A stretch of DNA of 64,000 nt from Paraphysomonas bandaiensis (GCA_965644295.1 CBFFRP010000153.1:62001-126000); one strand, 5' to 3'. Counted from the stretch's first letter, positions 25,246 through 37,936 are shown. The notes: generated from the sequence alone by a model not told the origin. Numbers and translations are program-made.

Positions 25246-28200
25246 TATTGACTAAAGACCATTTTCAGATGATTAAGATCGTTGTAAGAGAAGTTTAAGT
25301 TAGTCAAACTAGATAGATTACTTTATTATGATTGTATACACAATTGTGTGTGTTGTCATGTAGCACATGTCAACAACATGATAAATTATTTCGTTCATGT
25401 TAACCACTGCTCAACTTCCGTATCTTGAATCGTCATGATATAATACTTCAGTTTCACAGTTATAGCTATATAGCACCTTTTGACTATTGACTACGTATTA
25501 CTGTTTTTCACATTGTATTTAACGTATTCTACAGTACTATCTTAGAGAACCATACGTATTCCAACACTCCTCCTCAATGTAGAAACGAGTAATCGTCATT
25601 ATACTGCAGCTATATATATCATCTAGTCATCTTAGGATAAAACGGATGTGAAAATCTTCATAAAGATACTGTGAACATCACACTTCGCTGTAACACAGTT
25701 ATGTGGGATTCTTACCCACTAAAAACACACCCTTAACCTTTCTTGAACCGCTTCTTCTGATTCTTCTCAACTTCATTTGAAATGCTCCTCTTTTCCCCTG
25801 TGATAGTTTCTTCATGGAGTTTAAAGAGCTTTGTAGATAACGCTTTTGTAAATATGTCGGCCGCCATATCCTTAGTCGATACATGAATCAATCTGGCTGT
25901 AGGAAACCTTCCATTTACGTGTTCCCGAACCCAGTGGTACTTTATCTGAATATGTTTTGATCTTTTGTGATAGACTGGATTTTCTGACAGATCTTTTGCA
26001 CTCTTGCTGTCCATGAAGAATGGGGTTGGCTTCGTCAATGCGAGTCCTAGCTCTCGTAACACCCCCCGTAGCCACACCAGTTCTTGCATGGCCGCATATT
26101 CAGCCATATACTCGGACTCCATACTGGAAGTTGCAACTGTAGTCTGCAGTTTGGACTGCCATGCGATTGCTCCAGCACATAAGAATACAATATAACCGGT
26201 AGTTGAACGTCTCGTTAGTATATCACCTGCCCAGTCCGCATCACTAAATACATGTAAATCAAACTTACTCCCACTGAATTTGATTCCTTTGCTGGTGGTG
26301 CCTCTCAAATATTTCAATAAATGAATAGCTAAACGACACGATGCGTATGTAGGATTACTGCTGTATCTCGATAGTAATCCGATTGCATAGGCGAGATCTG
26401 GTCTTGTGTGGAGTGCGAGATACAGGATTGCTCCAATAATACTACGATACGGAAATTTTGAGACCCAGTCCTCCTGTTCTGATGTAAGTTCCCGTTCTGC
26501 AGCTAGTAGTTCTTGTGCATTTGATGGCAACGGAGCTTCCTTATTCTTTCTACTGTTTCCCATGACATGGTTGAATTTCTGAATCACTTTCTCCGCATAC
26601 TGTGATTGATCTAGTTTGAACCAGTCTTCGCCTCTCGTGATTCGAATATTTAGGAAACTTTGGCACTCTCCCATGTCCCTCATTTCAAACGTTTGGCAGA
26701 ACTTGTTCTTGACAAAAACAAGGAATTCAAAATCCACAGATGCGATTATGATGTCATCTACATACAGGAGTAATAACGTAAGTTTGCCTTGGTGCCAACG
26801 ATAATATAAGCAGGTATCTAACACGCATGATCTAAACTGCATTGACTTTATGAATTTATCGATGTGGCGATTCCACTGACGCGGTGAGGCTCGTAAACCA
26901 TATAGTGCTTTGATGAGTTTAAAACACCATCCATTGCTGAGCTCCTCATCTGGAGGTGGGTACATGTAGACATCTTCATCTAAATTTGCATAACAAAATG
27001 CAGAACTGACATCAAGCTGGTGTACATGCATATGGAACATAAAAGCAATTGCAATCACGAGCCTGATAGTTATCCCTTTGACAACCGGTGCAAATGTAGA
27101 TGGCTCCTCCTCAGTTTTCTCCTGAAGATTTCCTAGTGCGACTAGTCGAGCTTTATACTTCTGTATGTTGCCTAGTATGTCACGCTTGAGTTTGTGAACA
27201 TACTTACATCTGATTAATTTGACCCCAGATGGTCGACGTACTATCTTCAAAACGCCTCTTCGTAAAAGAGCTTTCTTCTCTATTCGTCTGGCTGTTCTCC
27301 ATTCTTCCGCTTGAGGGGACCTCTCCGCCTCTAGAAAACTGTTCGGTTCATGGACGTGTTTATTCTCAGTACTCTCCTCTGAATCCATGACATGTACATC
27401 GGCATCCATTACCTCTATCATGTTAATTTCTCCTAACACTGAAGCATTAGCTAGCCTCCTCCGTAAACGCTTACGTTTCTCTGCATCCCTTTTAGATACT
27501 CTCTGTAGGGTATTAGTACTGTTAGAATTTATAGTATCAGTATATTCAGGTACTCCCTGTTTTACTGCTCGATCAGGTTCTCCCTGAGCTGCATCTGCAT
27601 CAAGTACTCCTTGAGTCATATCTTCATCAGGTGCTCCCTGACTAATACCATGGTTAACTAGCTGCTCCTGATGGCTCTCAGGTGCTGGGATAGTGGACGT
27701 ACTCCGTCCATCAGTGGTACTAGAAGCGTCCCTCGTTCCCGTATATCCCGTGTATCCAGGCGTATTCCTTGTCATTACCTGAACATCTTCTATATGTATG
27801 GGTACCTTCTGCTCAATGTGGGTTCTCCCCGCAGTTACAAGTGACCGATAACCAACAATGACACCCTTTCTTTCTACCACTCTGGTGGTCTTGTACAACA
27901 GCCCGTCTTCATCGTCTATGTGAAAAGTCTTCACGAGATGCTGATAATCATTCACCGTCTTTGGTCTAGGTGCTGTTCGTACTCGAAGAGCGTCGATTTC
28001 TGCGTAATATTCTTCGGTGCGGGAAGGTATACTCTCATCTGTGAGTATGTGTACACACGTAATTACCTTATCGGTTGCTGGGAGATACACCTGGTATCCA
28101 ACTTTATCTTCCGAATATCCCACTAGGTATCCAATCTTTGATTTATCGTCCCAGTCCTTTCGCCTGTCCGCCTTAGGTGTCAATATATAAGTTTTGCACC

Positions 28201-30755
28201 CCCATACTCTAAAATATTTCAAACTGGGTGGCTGACCCGTGACATACTCATATGGGGACATGTATCCTCTGTCCGTCCTTGTAGGGAGTCTGATCAGTGT
28301 ATAGCGAGCAGCATGATACGCGTCTAACCAGAATGGAACCGGTAGGCCTGACTGCAACAACATCGCCAACGCCATCTCTGATGCAGTCCTGAATTTTCGC
28401 TCCTCTACTGCATTCATTTCCGGACTATCTGTTGAAGACCAAGTATGTTTGTAGCAGCCTTGTGATCTCAAATAGCTCCTAAGTTCTTGATTTATGAGTT
28501 CTCCAGCTCCATCAGCGTGGTAGTGGTCCACTCTCAGCTTATATTGCCTAATCTCTCCTTCGAACACCTCTCTAAAAAACTGAATCACTTCTTCTTTAGT
28601 ACGCTGGTTTACGCCTTTTACCCAGAACATCCTACTCGGGTGATGAGTTAGTTTGATCACGTAGCGCTCATCACCTCGAGCGGGAGTATTCAGAAATACT
28701 TGCACATCAGCCGATATGTCCGGCTTGACATCCGTATCCTCCTTTGTGTGAAACGAAACTCTCGTAATCTTTGATCTGGCACATATGCTACAGAGACAAG
28801 ATTTTTTTAATGCAGTCTTCGATAGGTGCTTCCTCTGCAGATTTGAGCCCGTGAACAACATCCTTCTATGTGCCTCCGTTAGAGCCCCTTTGTTGAAATG
28901 GCCCATTCTCCTATGCAGCAGTTCCAGCTCGTCCTCACCAGTCCTATCGCTAAGATTTACTTCACAATTACTCGGTGTAGACACATCTGGAAGCTCCAAC
29001 AGCTGCTGAGTTGGAACTGCAGTCATTCCATTTTTCATGGGTCCCTCCAGTACCAGCTCACCGGTATTACAGTCATAAATTTGGATCCCATACCACACCG
29101 TGAATCGATAGCCCATTTCGTTCAGCTTACGTCCGGAGCACAGGCATCGATTGATCTGATCTGAAATTTCTATGTCTCTCCATGCTCCACGGGAACCCAC
29201 ACTTGTGATATGAATCTCTGATCCCTTCTTAGATCCGTTTATCACCTTTGATGTATTCATATGAGTGTCAAGCATGGTCACATCATTCATCAAGAACATT
29301 GATGATGAACAGCATGTATCTATGTATGTATAGTGTTCAGCAGTACCAATCATACAACATGTGTCACTTTTATCATATATATCAACAGCACAGTCATAAA
29401 GCATATTCGCTTCGGACTCCGAGTCAGACTCGGTTCCTCCTCTGCGGATATTCTCGAATGTGAAAACCTTCCCAGATTTCTGGGGTTTCTTGGTCTTTCC
29501 AGTCGAATTTCGGGGACATTCGTTCGCGCGATGGTTTTTGGATTTGCATACTCTGCATCCTGTATATTCCTTACTGCCCGGTCTTTGTCCCTTCGTTTCC
29601 CCCTTTTTCTTCCTACATTGTTCTGTATTATGATTGTGTATTATACCTTTCTTCGAGCAATAAGTGCACTTCCTCTTTGTAGATACTCTCTCTTTCTTTC
29701 GAGGCTTTTCAATATGATTCAGCTCCTCCGTGCTCTTGCGCTTCTTCTCTATGATTTTCCTCCCATACTTGGTGTCGTCGAACTGTTCGATACGTTTGGA
29801 TAGCAATTCATATGGTACATCATCGGGCATTAAATACAGGGCATAATTCAAACCGTCATATTCATCACTGATAATTCCCTCCTTCAGCCTACTAATTTTT
29901 GATTCTTCCGTTACCGTTTGGTTATGCGCCTGAAGTTCACGAAGAAGCAGCTCAAAACGCAGTACATACTCTTTCGCGGTCTCCCCTGGCTTCATCTCGA
30001 ATGATCCAAACTGAGCAAGCAGAGCACTAATCTTGTTTTGTGTTCCCCCTTCAAAACACGATTTAAGAGTGCTAACCATCTCTCTGGCGCTGAACTTATT
30101 AACTCTTCCTTCAGCTGCCTTGAACTCCTTGTGCTTCAGATGAAACTTCTGCAGCGCCTTCGGAGATCGCTTCACCGCCTCTCTGCAGTATGAGTAGGCA
30201 ATTGCATTCGCCTTCCAATACTTGTCCACCGCTTCTTTGTAGGACTTGGTCTCAAGACTATTCAGGGGTTGAATTCCGAAATCCTCTTCCTCTGGTGGCC
30301 TTTCTAGAGCCACCTCACTCTGCTCCTTTCTCATAAGGAACGTCTCAAAGTCTTCGATCCATTGTTCAACGTTGCTCTCGTCGAACCATGGAACATCAGC
30401 TCTATCCTCCTTCTCTCCTCCGCATTCGCTACCATATTGACTAAAGACCATTTTCAGATGATTAAGATCGTTGTAAGAGAAGTTTAAGTTAGTCAAACTA
30501 GATAGATTACTTTATTATGATTGTATACACAATTGTGTGTGTTGTCATGTAGCACATGTCAACAACATGATAAATTATTTCGTTCATGTTAACCACTGCT
30601 CAACTTCCGTATCTTGAATCGTCATGATATAATACTTCAGTTTCACAGTTATAGCTATATAGCACCTTTTGACTATTGACTACGTATTACTGTTTTTCAC
30701 ATTGTATTTAACGTATTCTACAGTACTATCTTAGAGAACCATACGTATTCCAACA
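25246..30755 (-). mobile_element. Full-length Ty1/Copia LTR retrotransposon
   Basis: 321-bp LTRs 25246-25566 and 30435-30755, identical by eye. TSD GAATA. PBS TGGTAGCGAATGCGG (probably tRNA-iMet) abutting the 5' LTR; PPT TGAGGAGGAG. Confidence 0.97.
25733..30451 (-). CDS. Copia Gag-PR-IN-RT-RH polyprotein (single intact ORF)
   Basis: Two Zn knuckles; protease-like YIDTCCS; integrase HRRMGH..CSIC, HADGAGE, NAVEER; RT YKARLVA, QLDVSSAF, LYVDD; RNase H SDADWAGD, KHIQIKYH. First in-frame ATG at 30451. Confidence 0.95.
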   Translation of the reverse strand: MVFSQYGSECGGEKEDRADVPWFDESNVEQWIEDFETFLMRKEQSEVALERPPEEEDFGIQPLNSLETKSYKEAVDKYWKANAIAYSYCREAVKRSPKALQKFHLKHKEFKAAEGRVNKFSAREMVSTLKSCFEGGTQNKISALLAQFGSFEMKPGETAKEYVLRFELLLRELQAHNQTVTEESKISRLKEGIISDEYDGLNYALYLMPDDVPYELLSKRIEQFDDTKYGRKIIEKKRKSTEELNHIEKPRKKERVSTKRKCTYCSKKGIIHNHNTEQCRKKKGETKGQRPGSKEYTGCRVCKSKNHRANECPRNSTGKTKKPQKSGKVFTFENIRRGGTESDSESEANMLYDCAVDIYDKSDTCCMIGTAEHYTYIDTCCSSSMFLMNDVTMLDTHMNTSKVINGSKKGSEIHITSVGSRGAWRDIEISDQINRCLCSGRKLNEMGYRFTVWYGIQIYDCNTGELVLEGPMKNGMTAVPTQQLLELPDVSTPSNCEVNLSDRTGEDELELLHRRMGHFNKGALTEAHRRMLFTGSNLQRKHLSKTALKKSCLCSICARSKITRVSFHTKEDTDVKPDISADVQVFLNTPARGDERYVIKLTHHPSRMFWVKGVNQRTKEEVIQFFREVFEGEIRQYKLRVDHYHADGAGELINQELRSYLRSQGCYKHTWSSTDSPEMNAVEERKFRTASEMALAMLLQSGLPVPFWLDAYHAARYTLIRLPTRTDRGYMSPYEYVTGQPPSLKYFRVWGCKTYILTPKADRRKDWDDKSKIGYLVGYSEDKVGYQVYLPATDKVITCVHILTDESIPSRTEEYYAEIDALRVRTAPRPKTVNDYQHLVKTFHIDDEDGLLYKTTRVVERKGVIVGYRSLVTAGRTHIEQKVPIHIEDVQVMTRNTPGYTGYTGTRDASSTTDGRSTSTIPAPESHQEQLVNHGISQGAPDEDMTQGVLDADAAQGEPDRAVKQGVPEYTDTINSNSTNTLQRVSKRDAEKRKRLRRRLANASVLGEINMIEVMDADVHVMDSEESTENKHVHEPNSFLEAERSPQAEEWRTARRIEKKALLRRGVLKIVRRPSGVKLIRCKYVHKLKRDILGNIQKYKARLVALGNLQEKTEEEPSTFAPVVKGITIRLVIAIAFMFHMHVHQLDVSSAFCYANLDEDVYMYPPPDEELSNGWCFKLIKALYGLRASPRQWNRHIDKFIKSMQFRSCVLDTCLYYRWHQGKLTLLLLYVDDIIIASVDFEFLVFVKNKFCQTFEMRDMGECQSFLNIRITRGEDWFKLDQSQYAEKVIQKFNHVMGNSRKNKEAPLPSNAQELLAAERELTSEQEDWVSKFPYRSIIGAILYLALHTRPDLAYAIGLLSRYSSNPTYASCRLAIHLLKYLRGTTSKGIKFSGSKFDLHVFSDADWAGDILTRRSTTGYIVFLCAGAIAWQSKLQTTVATSSMESEYMAEYAAMQELVWLRGVLRELGLALTKPTPFFMDSKSAKDLSENPVYHKRSKHIQIKYHWVREHVNGRFPTARLIHVSTKDMAADIFTKALSTKLFKLHEETITGEKRSISNEVEKNQKKRFKKG

Positions 30756-31128
30756 GAATAAGTGTCCGTCCCGTTAAATAACTGCCACATAGTATAGACA
30801 TTCTGTATGTACAATATCGCTTTGAGTCATTGTTCTTATCGCTTATGATAATAATATACGGTCTGAATTATCATTAAAAAGTAATTCTTCGACATGGAGT
30901 CACTACACCAGGCTTCATGAGAAACGCTAGATACTACAACACTGATGATGTAGGAACGTAGGAACTTCCAAATAGTACTCATAACTCATAACAACACATA
31001 CTGAAGAAATAACACAAGCAATAATTATCCATACTTTTTCTTGAATCAGATTGTTGTATACTACAACATCCATGATAGATACAAATATGGGAGGTCGCAT
31101 ATGTGGCATGTATGAGAAATCATATTTT

Positions 31129-34041
31129 CTAAATCTCCCTCTGCGCATCAACACTTTTCCACTCCAATGTAAATGCAGATGTCAAAGAGATATTCAAACC
31201 AGAAAAAGTCAATGTTCCCAAAGAAAAATCATGAATAATATCTACTGAACTTGCTGGTCGGCCGTTCACATACAATTCATCCACTCCGCTAAGACATCCT
31301 GGAATCCACATCACTTTGACATCGCTAATTACCCGCGCTTCGGCCACTGGGTACGTTGAGTGCTGTATGACTGCCCGTAGGAAGCCATGATTCCGTGACA
31401 CATGCGCGGAGTATTGGGCCAAGAGGTAATCTGTGACGGGCTCCGGCTGCTCTCCATCATCCCAGTAGAGCTCTCCAGAGGCTACACCATAAGATGATAA
31501 CGCAACAAGTAAGGTGAATGGGGAGATGCGACTGGCTGTCGTCGTCAGAGCAGGCTCCTGCAAAGGAACCACATGCCCTCCATATATATGAACATTGACT
31601 CTTGTTAGTGGGGTAACAATATATTTCCATTCTCCGTCTTCTCTTATCTTGTAGGTCATAGAGCGGGATTCGGGATGGAAGTCGTACCAGAGACCCTGCG
31701 TGAAGTACGCATTCACTGCATTGTGGCCCTGATCAAGCACAGGAGAGACAAGTACGGCTGTTCCGAGCATGAATTGGTTGTCGATACCAAGTGTGACTGA
31801 ATTATTGGGGAAGTTCATCCACAGCGCCCTAACTACCAACGAACCTGGAGAGCACAATGGCAGAAGTTTACTCAAGAGTACATAGTGTGCCACTGACCTT
31901 GTGAGTTTGCTGCGTGAAAGAGCGAGTAGATGTAAGGAAGTAGTTCATACCGCATGCCCAGAGCACACTTCGCTGCTTCTGTTACTGACTCCCATAGATA
32001 TAGCTCTTGTGGTGCCGTTCCGCGAGCACTATGATCCCTCGAAAAAGGGTAAAAGGCTCCCACTTCTATCCATCGTGCGCAAAGTTCCTCATTGCTGTCA
32101 AGCATGAAACCACATATGTCGCTACCTACCATGGGTACACCGAACATACTAAAGTCTAATAAAGAAACAACGGAAGACTTTAGATCGAGCCACGTGGCCG
32201 CTAAGAGAAACATTTAGAACTTTATTCGCCAAATATATATATAATAGGGATAAAAATTACGCACCGTTATCTCCTGTCCACTTGGCAGAGTGACTTCCTG
32301 TCGAAACGAAAGAAGACCGAGATAGGATGAAAGGTCGTCGGGAAGTCAGTTCCAGCACAGCTGCACGCGATGCAATTTGCTCTGTAAGACCATAGAGATT
32401 GTGGACATCATATTCAGATACGTTTCCATAATGTGTGGCTGACATAGCTATAGTAGTGACAGATAAGGAATGCAGCACACCGGAGTGGATGGCATAAGGC
32501 GGAAAATCTAGTAGGTTAGTGGGGTCTTCCTCCTCACACTTTAAGCAGCAGAGACCTTGTATATCGGTGGGGCACCCTGATTTCCTGGTATTGGAGCACA
32601 CTTGGGCCCGACCATTAAGATTGCAGAAGTTAGACACTTCATTCATATCGATCCATAGGCCTGTATACTCCATCACCCGCCACAGGTGAGCAAAATTTAT
32701 ACTTACCATCAAATGGGGCCATGTCGAAAAAGCTGTGCAAATTATCTGTCCAGTACTTCTGCATTGTAACAATTAGTTGACATGCATTAGTCCGTGGACC
32801 GGAACTACCTGAGTATCTGGGTGCAAAAAATCAGGATAATATGTTGGTCCAGGCCATACTTGTCCCATATAAGGATCTCCTAATAAGTCTTTGACAAAGA
32901 GATCTAACTCTATCCCTACGTCCACAATGCAAAGAGCATGTTAGTTGATAAACCATTCCAGATATCCGCCACCACAACCTCTATCGTATGCCGGATAGCC
33001 CTTCTCAACCTTGATGCCAGGGTCCAATATCGGGACATATCGCATTCCTTTTTGATGAAGATGATCGACAAAGTTCGCCACACTATGTTTATTAAACGCC
33101 CTCTTTTCATAGGTGAAGTCTTTATAATCCTGCATGTAATCTATGTCCAACCACTGCGTGTCGAGGGGAATACCTGCATCGTGATACCTTCTCACCACCT
33201 CCTCCACTTGCGCAATACTTTCGTACCCCCATCTACAATTGTGAAACCCGAGCGACCAATAGGGCATCAGGGCGGGGCGACCGACCACGGCAGTATACTG
33301 TTGTGAAACTTTATTTGGGGTTGGCCCCGTAAATACGTAGAGGTCGATCAAACCTCCAATTACCGAAAAATTCAAGGTCTTCTCAGCGAGAGTGACATCC
33401 ATACCATTCGAGTTCATCAGTAGGGCTCCATGAGCATTGCCAGAAGCGAGCTGCCAGTACAATGGGTAGGAGCCGTATAAGTTCACATCCATGTTGGCTG
33501 CAGGTACATCCCTTGCCCACATGGTGAAAGTGCTCCCAGGAGACAATGCCTGATGCAACCGTGTGGATTCCCCGAGACCATAAGTAAGAACACCTTCATC
33601 GAACAGCGAAGAAAAATTAATAAACTGATCCTTGAAAATAAACTCGCTGGAAAAGTGAAACACACAATATTGATCCAACGTGCGAATAATTTTGAAAGAA
33701 AAAGGATAGACGTCGTACTCAAATTTGTATTCAAAACCACCATCTGTGGAAGGTGTAATATGGGGCCGATGTATTACGGATTGAGGAATTTCCCATCTCT
33801 CACTGAATTGGTCTGTAATTTTAACTCGCACATAACTCTCACTTTCAAAATATACCTGCAAGCTCAGATTCTTAATGTGTGCTCCATAGTCCTCTGACTC
33901 GTCTCCAATGAAATAAAGAGTCCCTGAGTAACCACTGGCATCCTTATCAATGCTGGAGAGAGCATACCCGGCGAATCCGTGAGATTTAGGTAGTGCGCAT
34001 GCCAGTATGATGGTAGCAAGGGCCGTCCAAGGTAACATCAT
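31129..34041 (-). CDS. GH31 alpha-glucosidase (secreted/lysosomal type), multi-exon
   Basis: Signal peptide; GFHNCRWGY, WLDIDYM, catalytic GLWIDMNE, RPFILSRS, KWTGDN, GSDICGF, AFYPFSRDH, GELYWDDGE. Confidence 0.93.
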
Positions 34042-34604
34042 AGCGCGTTAACTGCTATTCACTCAGTTGGTTCGGAATTGATTTATAATTATGTGTGGTA
34101 TTTGTGGGGTTGCAACTACGAATTGATGTTGTGATCGTTGCACGACACGGCCATATCCACTTTACCTATATATTTATATACATCTGCATACATGTCACAG
34201 ACATGAGGGTATATCTGCTACAGTATCATATTCGGATATCCCTCGTGATGATGATCTGTATCTTCTATTCTTGATGATGTATACTTCAGGAACACCTAAA
34301 ATCGCTGGTTTTCATTTCGAAACCCGCTTTCTTTACAGGAAACGGGGCTTTACGTAGTTTTTACTTTGCTTCGCTTCAAAAGTTTTTCTAAAAAAACGGA
34401 AGTTGCACTGTTTTCGTCTGACACTGCACTGTGAAGGTATTGTACAGCGCTTTGATGGCCAGTGGCACAAGGACAAGGACTGTGGTTAGTTGACGCAATT
34501 CGCTCCATGTTTATTAAGTTTGATGATTTGATAGTTGATATCACCTATTGAGAGATAGGCATAAGACTCACACCCCTGCTAAGTTGATTAATGTTCCGTT
34601 TCAA

Positions 34605-36022
34605 ATGACTATTTTATCCTGTTATTTAGTAGTAACATCACTTGCGTTCCTTTGTTGTACGTATTGCACAGATGTGGCTCCCAATGCTCGAGATCACGCT
34701 GTTGTCACTTTAATCATGGGTCAAAATTCCGGGTATACAGCTGGTGCACTTGCTTTGGGTCAGTCCCTTTTGGATGTTGGGTCTAAATTGAGTAGAATTG
34801 CCATGGTAACACCAGAAGTGGAGGACTTTAATCGAAACTCATTATCGCGATTGTGGAAAGTTGTTGAAGTGGAGCCAATATATTGTAATCACAAGCTTGA
34901 TCCGTCAATATCTGCGACAGAGTTCGATTTGCAAGGCGAACAGTACGTTGCCGGTAAGGCTATTGATTCAACCGTGTAATCTTAAGTATACGTTGTCTCA
35001 GGAATTACGCGCTGGAAAAGTACTTGTACGAAGTTCGCTGCCTGGCGGTTGACCCAATTCAAGCGAGTTGTGTTTATGGATAGTGACACTATAGTACTAC
35101 ATCCCATTGACGATGTCCTTTTCTCTTTTTCGAATGCATCGCTGGCCGCTGCTCCAGAGACCTTTCCTCCTGATACCTTCAACTCAGGTTTTCTAGTTCT
35201 CAATCCGAGTGAGGAAACCTTCATGAGGCTGTTAGAGCTCAATCAAGTAGTAGGGTCTGCAGAGGGGGGTGATCAGGGGGTGCTAAACAACGGTTTGTGT
35301 CCCCATTGGTACACCGCAGATGCAGGTATTGACAATGTATTTCTTCTGCAATATTTTGCTGAGTTATTTTCTCAGGCGATTTAGAATGTGGAAAGCTACC
35401 TTGGATTTTCAATGTAGAGGCAGCGAACTTTGTTCAGTATCAAACCTTGAGGCGCATGTCGGGGTTGCGTCTTCCAGCAGTTGCACATTTTGTATCAGAT
35501 GGTAAGCCGTGGAAGGTTGTTGCAATGGAGTATCTCAACATCAGCATCCCGGACCATACACAGGCGGAACTGAAAAAGCAAGAGTTTGTACATGTGTTCT
35601 GGCGATTGGAGTTTTTTAAAGCCACTGGGGATACCCCACCCGCTACTTCTTCTTTCGGTCCGGAAGTGGATAAACTTTTCGTTAGAGGGGGTTGGCGGGG
35701 AGGTGCCACAGGTACCATGGGACTTATTGAGAAGTTTGGTTTGTTGCTGCAGAATGATAGGGTTCAAACATCGGTACTGACGAGTGCAGAAAAAAATAAC
35801 CTCATTGTAGAGGACGAGGAATATGCCCCCCAGGTCTTGACAGGGAAGAGGAAACGTCGTATGTCAGAGTACGTCAACCAGAGAAGTGGAAGTAGCCGAT
35901 TTTCTGGAGAAGAAATGAAGAAACATAGAAGGACGCAACCCAAGTGGAATAAACGACACAGCACATCCGCACGACCTATAACTAGGAGACGACGACTAAG
36001 TGCAAGACTTGAGGAATTGTAG
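34605..36022 (+). CDS. GT8 glycogenin-like glycosyltransferase paralog, 2 introns, basic C-terminal tail
   Basis: Signal peptide; AVVTL..GYTAGALALGQSL, TCTKFAAW, FMDSD, FNSGFLVLNPS, GGDQGVLN, HFVSDGKPW; clearly paralogous to 12969-14124. Confidence 0.9.
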
Positions 36023-36740
36023 AGGCTTCAGTGCAGTCAGTTTCTTTCGTATCAGCAAGACAACTGAAAGGCAATAGCAGCACATGTAGTTCTTGTCGTA
36101 TGAGTTGACCAAAAAGCGCTTAGAATTATGAGAGGAGTAAAGCTGGGACCATGTCCTCCTCCAAGAGATTTCCCGCATAATACATGTTGTTGTAGTCTCG
36201 CGCGTGGTCTTCATTTGATCTGTACACCATCGTATGCTTATTATGTTATAGTGTTATAGTATCTCTAGTCGTGACAGGTGTTTAAATGAGTTGAAAATAA
36301 ATTTATCTTTCGTTGCTATCGTTACATGTGGCTGAAGTAGATATATAACATTATGGTAAAAGTCATTATGTTTAAAGGTGCAATACGCTGAAGCGAATAT
36401 GTGCTTGAGACATGTGTAGTGGCATTATTCACAGACCTTCGTTATGTGCACTTAAAACAGTATTGATATTTGGTATATTTGTGATAAATTATAGCAAACC
36501 TATTACGAAGTTAATCAGGGGGACGCCCTTTGGGTTAGGGGTCAGCGATGTGTAAGGAAGTGTCGGAGTTATGTAGATGGGAGGATATAGGATATAGTGT
36601 TCCGAGGGAAGTGAGATGGTGCGAGGTAGAGGGGTAGAAGCTTTAGAGTCTCGGGGTTATACAAAGCACCTCACATAAGATTTAATTTATACTGATTTAA
36701 ATAATTTCACAAGTGTTGTTTGGACTGCATAAATATATTA

Positions 36741-37563
36741 GAAAGTCTGATGATTAATTGCTGGCTCTATACTAGTCTATAGTAGAATACTATTCATACC
36801 ACAGTTTTTGTGCACGAGATGATAGAAATGATATTAAGCTACATCTACAAAAATTCGTTCTATCTGTGCTGCGGTTGGTAGCGAGTTAGTTCACCCTACA
36901 CCTGCCAGCGCCCCGGAACGACTTGTGCATCGTGGGGTGCACCATGGTGCAACCGTTCCGGCTAATGCGTTTAGTCAGGGAGCCTACCTTTGAATAACAC
37001 CACTGTTGTGATGGAGATCGAAAATATGCGCGGCGGAGTCGTGATGCGAGGTGAAATGTTGTGGTATGTGAGGGAGGAGATAAGTTTGGGAATTTTAGGA
37101 GCGTTTGTTGCTGGTGGTTCTTCGTGGTAGGTGTTGCCTTGCGCGAAGATATCTGAGGGTTGAGGATATACTTGGAGGAGGGTGAGTATTGACGGGTTGA
37201 TGGCGGTGGACGTGGGGTCGTGGCGGCTTAGTTCGGTGGAGTCCGTTGTCATCTGCATGCTGGGAAACTAACGTGAGCCGAATATTATACATAGTCAGCA
37301 GTCAGCAGATAAATTGTTCTGCCCACACATGGACAAATGCTTGTGTGGTACAAGGGACATCAATTAGTGTCACTTGTGTAGGGACGTCTTTGGGCCTTGA
37401 CGAATAAACAGGCATCCGGGAATGGGCCCACCTCAAGGGCATCTGGGGTATTGGGCTGCCTACTAGAGCCAAGCATTCGGGCCAGTTCACATTAAGGACA
37501 GAGAGCAAAAAGTGGTCGCACCTTGGTGCTTGCGGCGACGCACAAGCAGCTTTGGTAGCGTCA
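36741..37563 (-). mobile_element. Composite inverted-arm element, copy 2 (long arm 37563->37260, C-rich insert, divergent short arm 36741-36963)
   Basis: The long arm aligns to 42095-42410 in reverse. The short arm has gaaagtctgatgatta and cttgtgcatcg..atggtgcaaccg. Confidence 0.8.
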
Positions 37564-37936
37564 ATTACCACCACACTACACTACTATCTTTAATGATGCG
37601 TGAATGTCCTGTGTCGGAATCAATAATTATTCACGAATGATGTGTTGAATATCAAGTACATAATAATCACAACCACCTCTCAATGAAGTTTTGTTAATTT
37701 TAGCTAACAACGATACAAATAAAACTGCATACACGACACAGCAGTGAAGTGCAGTGGCATAGAAAAGCAACTCCTTCAGGTGACCACTAATAAGCGTTTA
37801 CTACACCACCTCATCGTCCTTCGTTCAGACAATGATTTAATGATTCAACAGCGACCAATAAACAAGAACGAGAAAATTAGAAAAAACTACCATACATACA
37901 GCTGGCAATCATATCAGCTTTTCAAAAACACAATTC

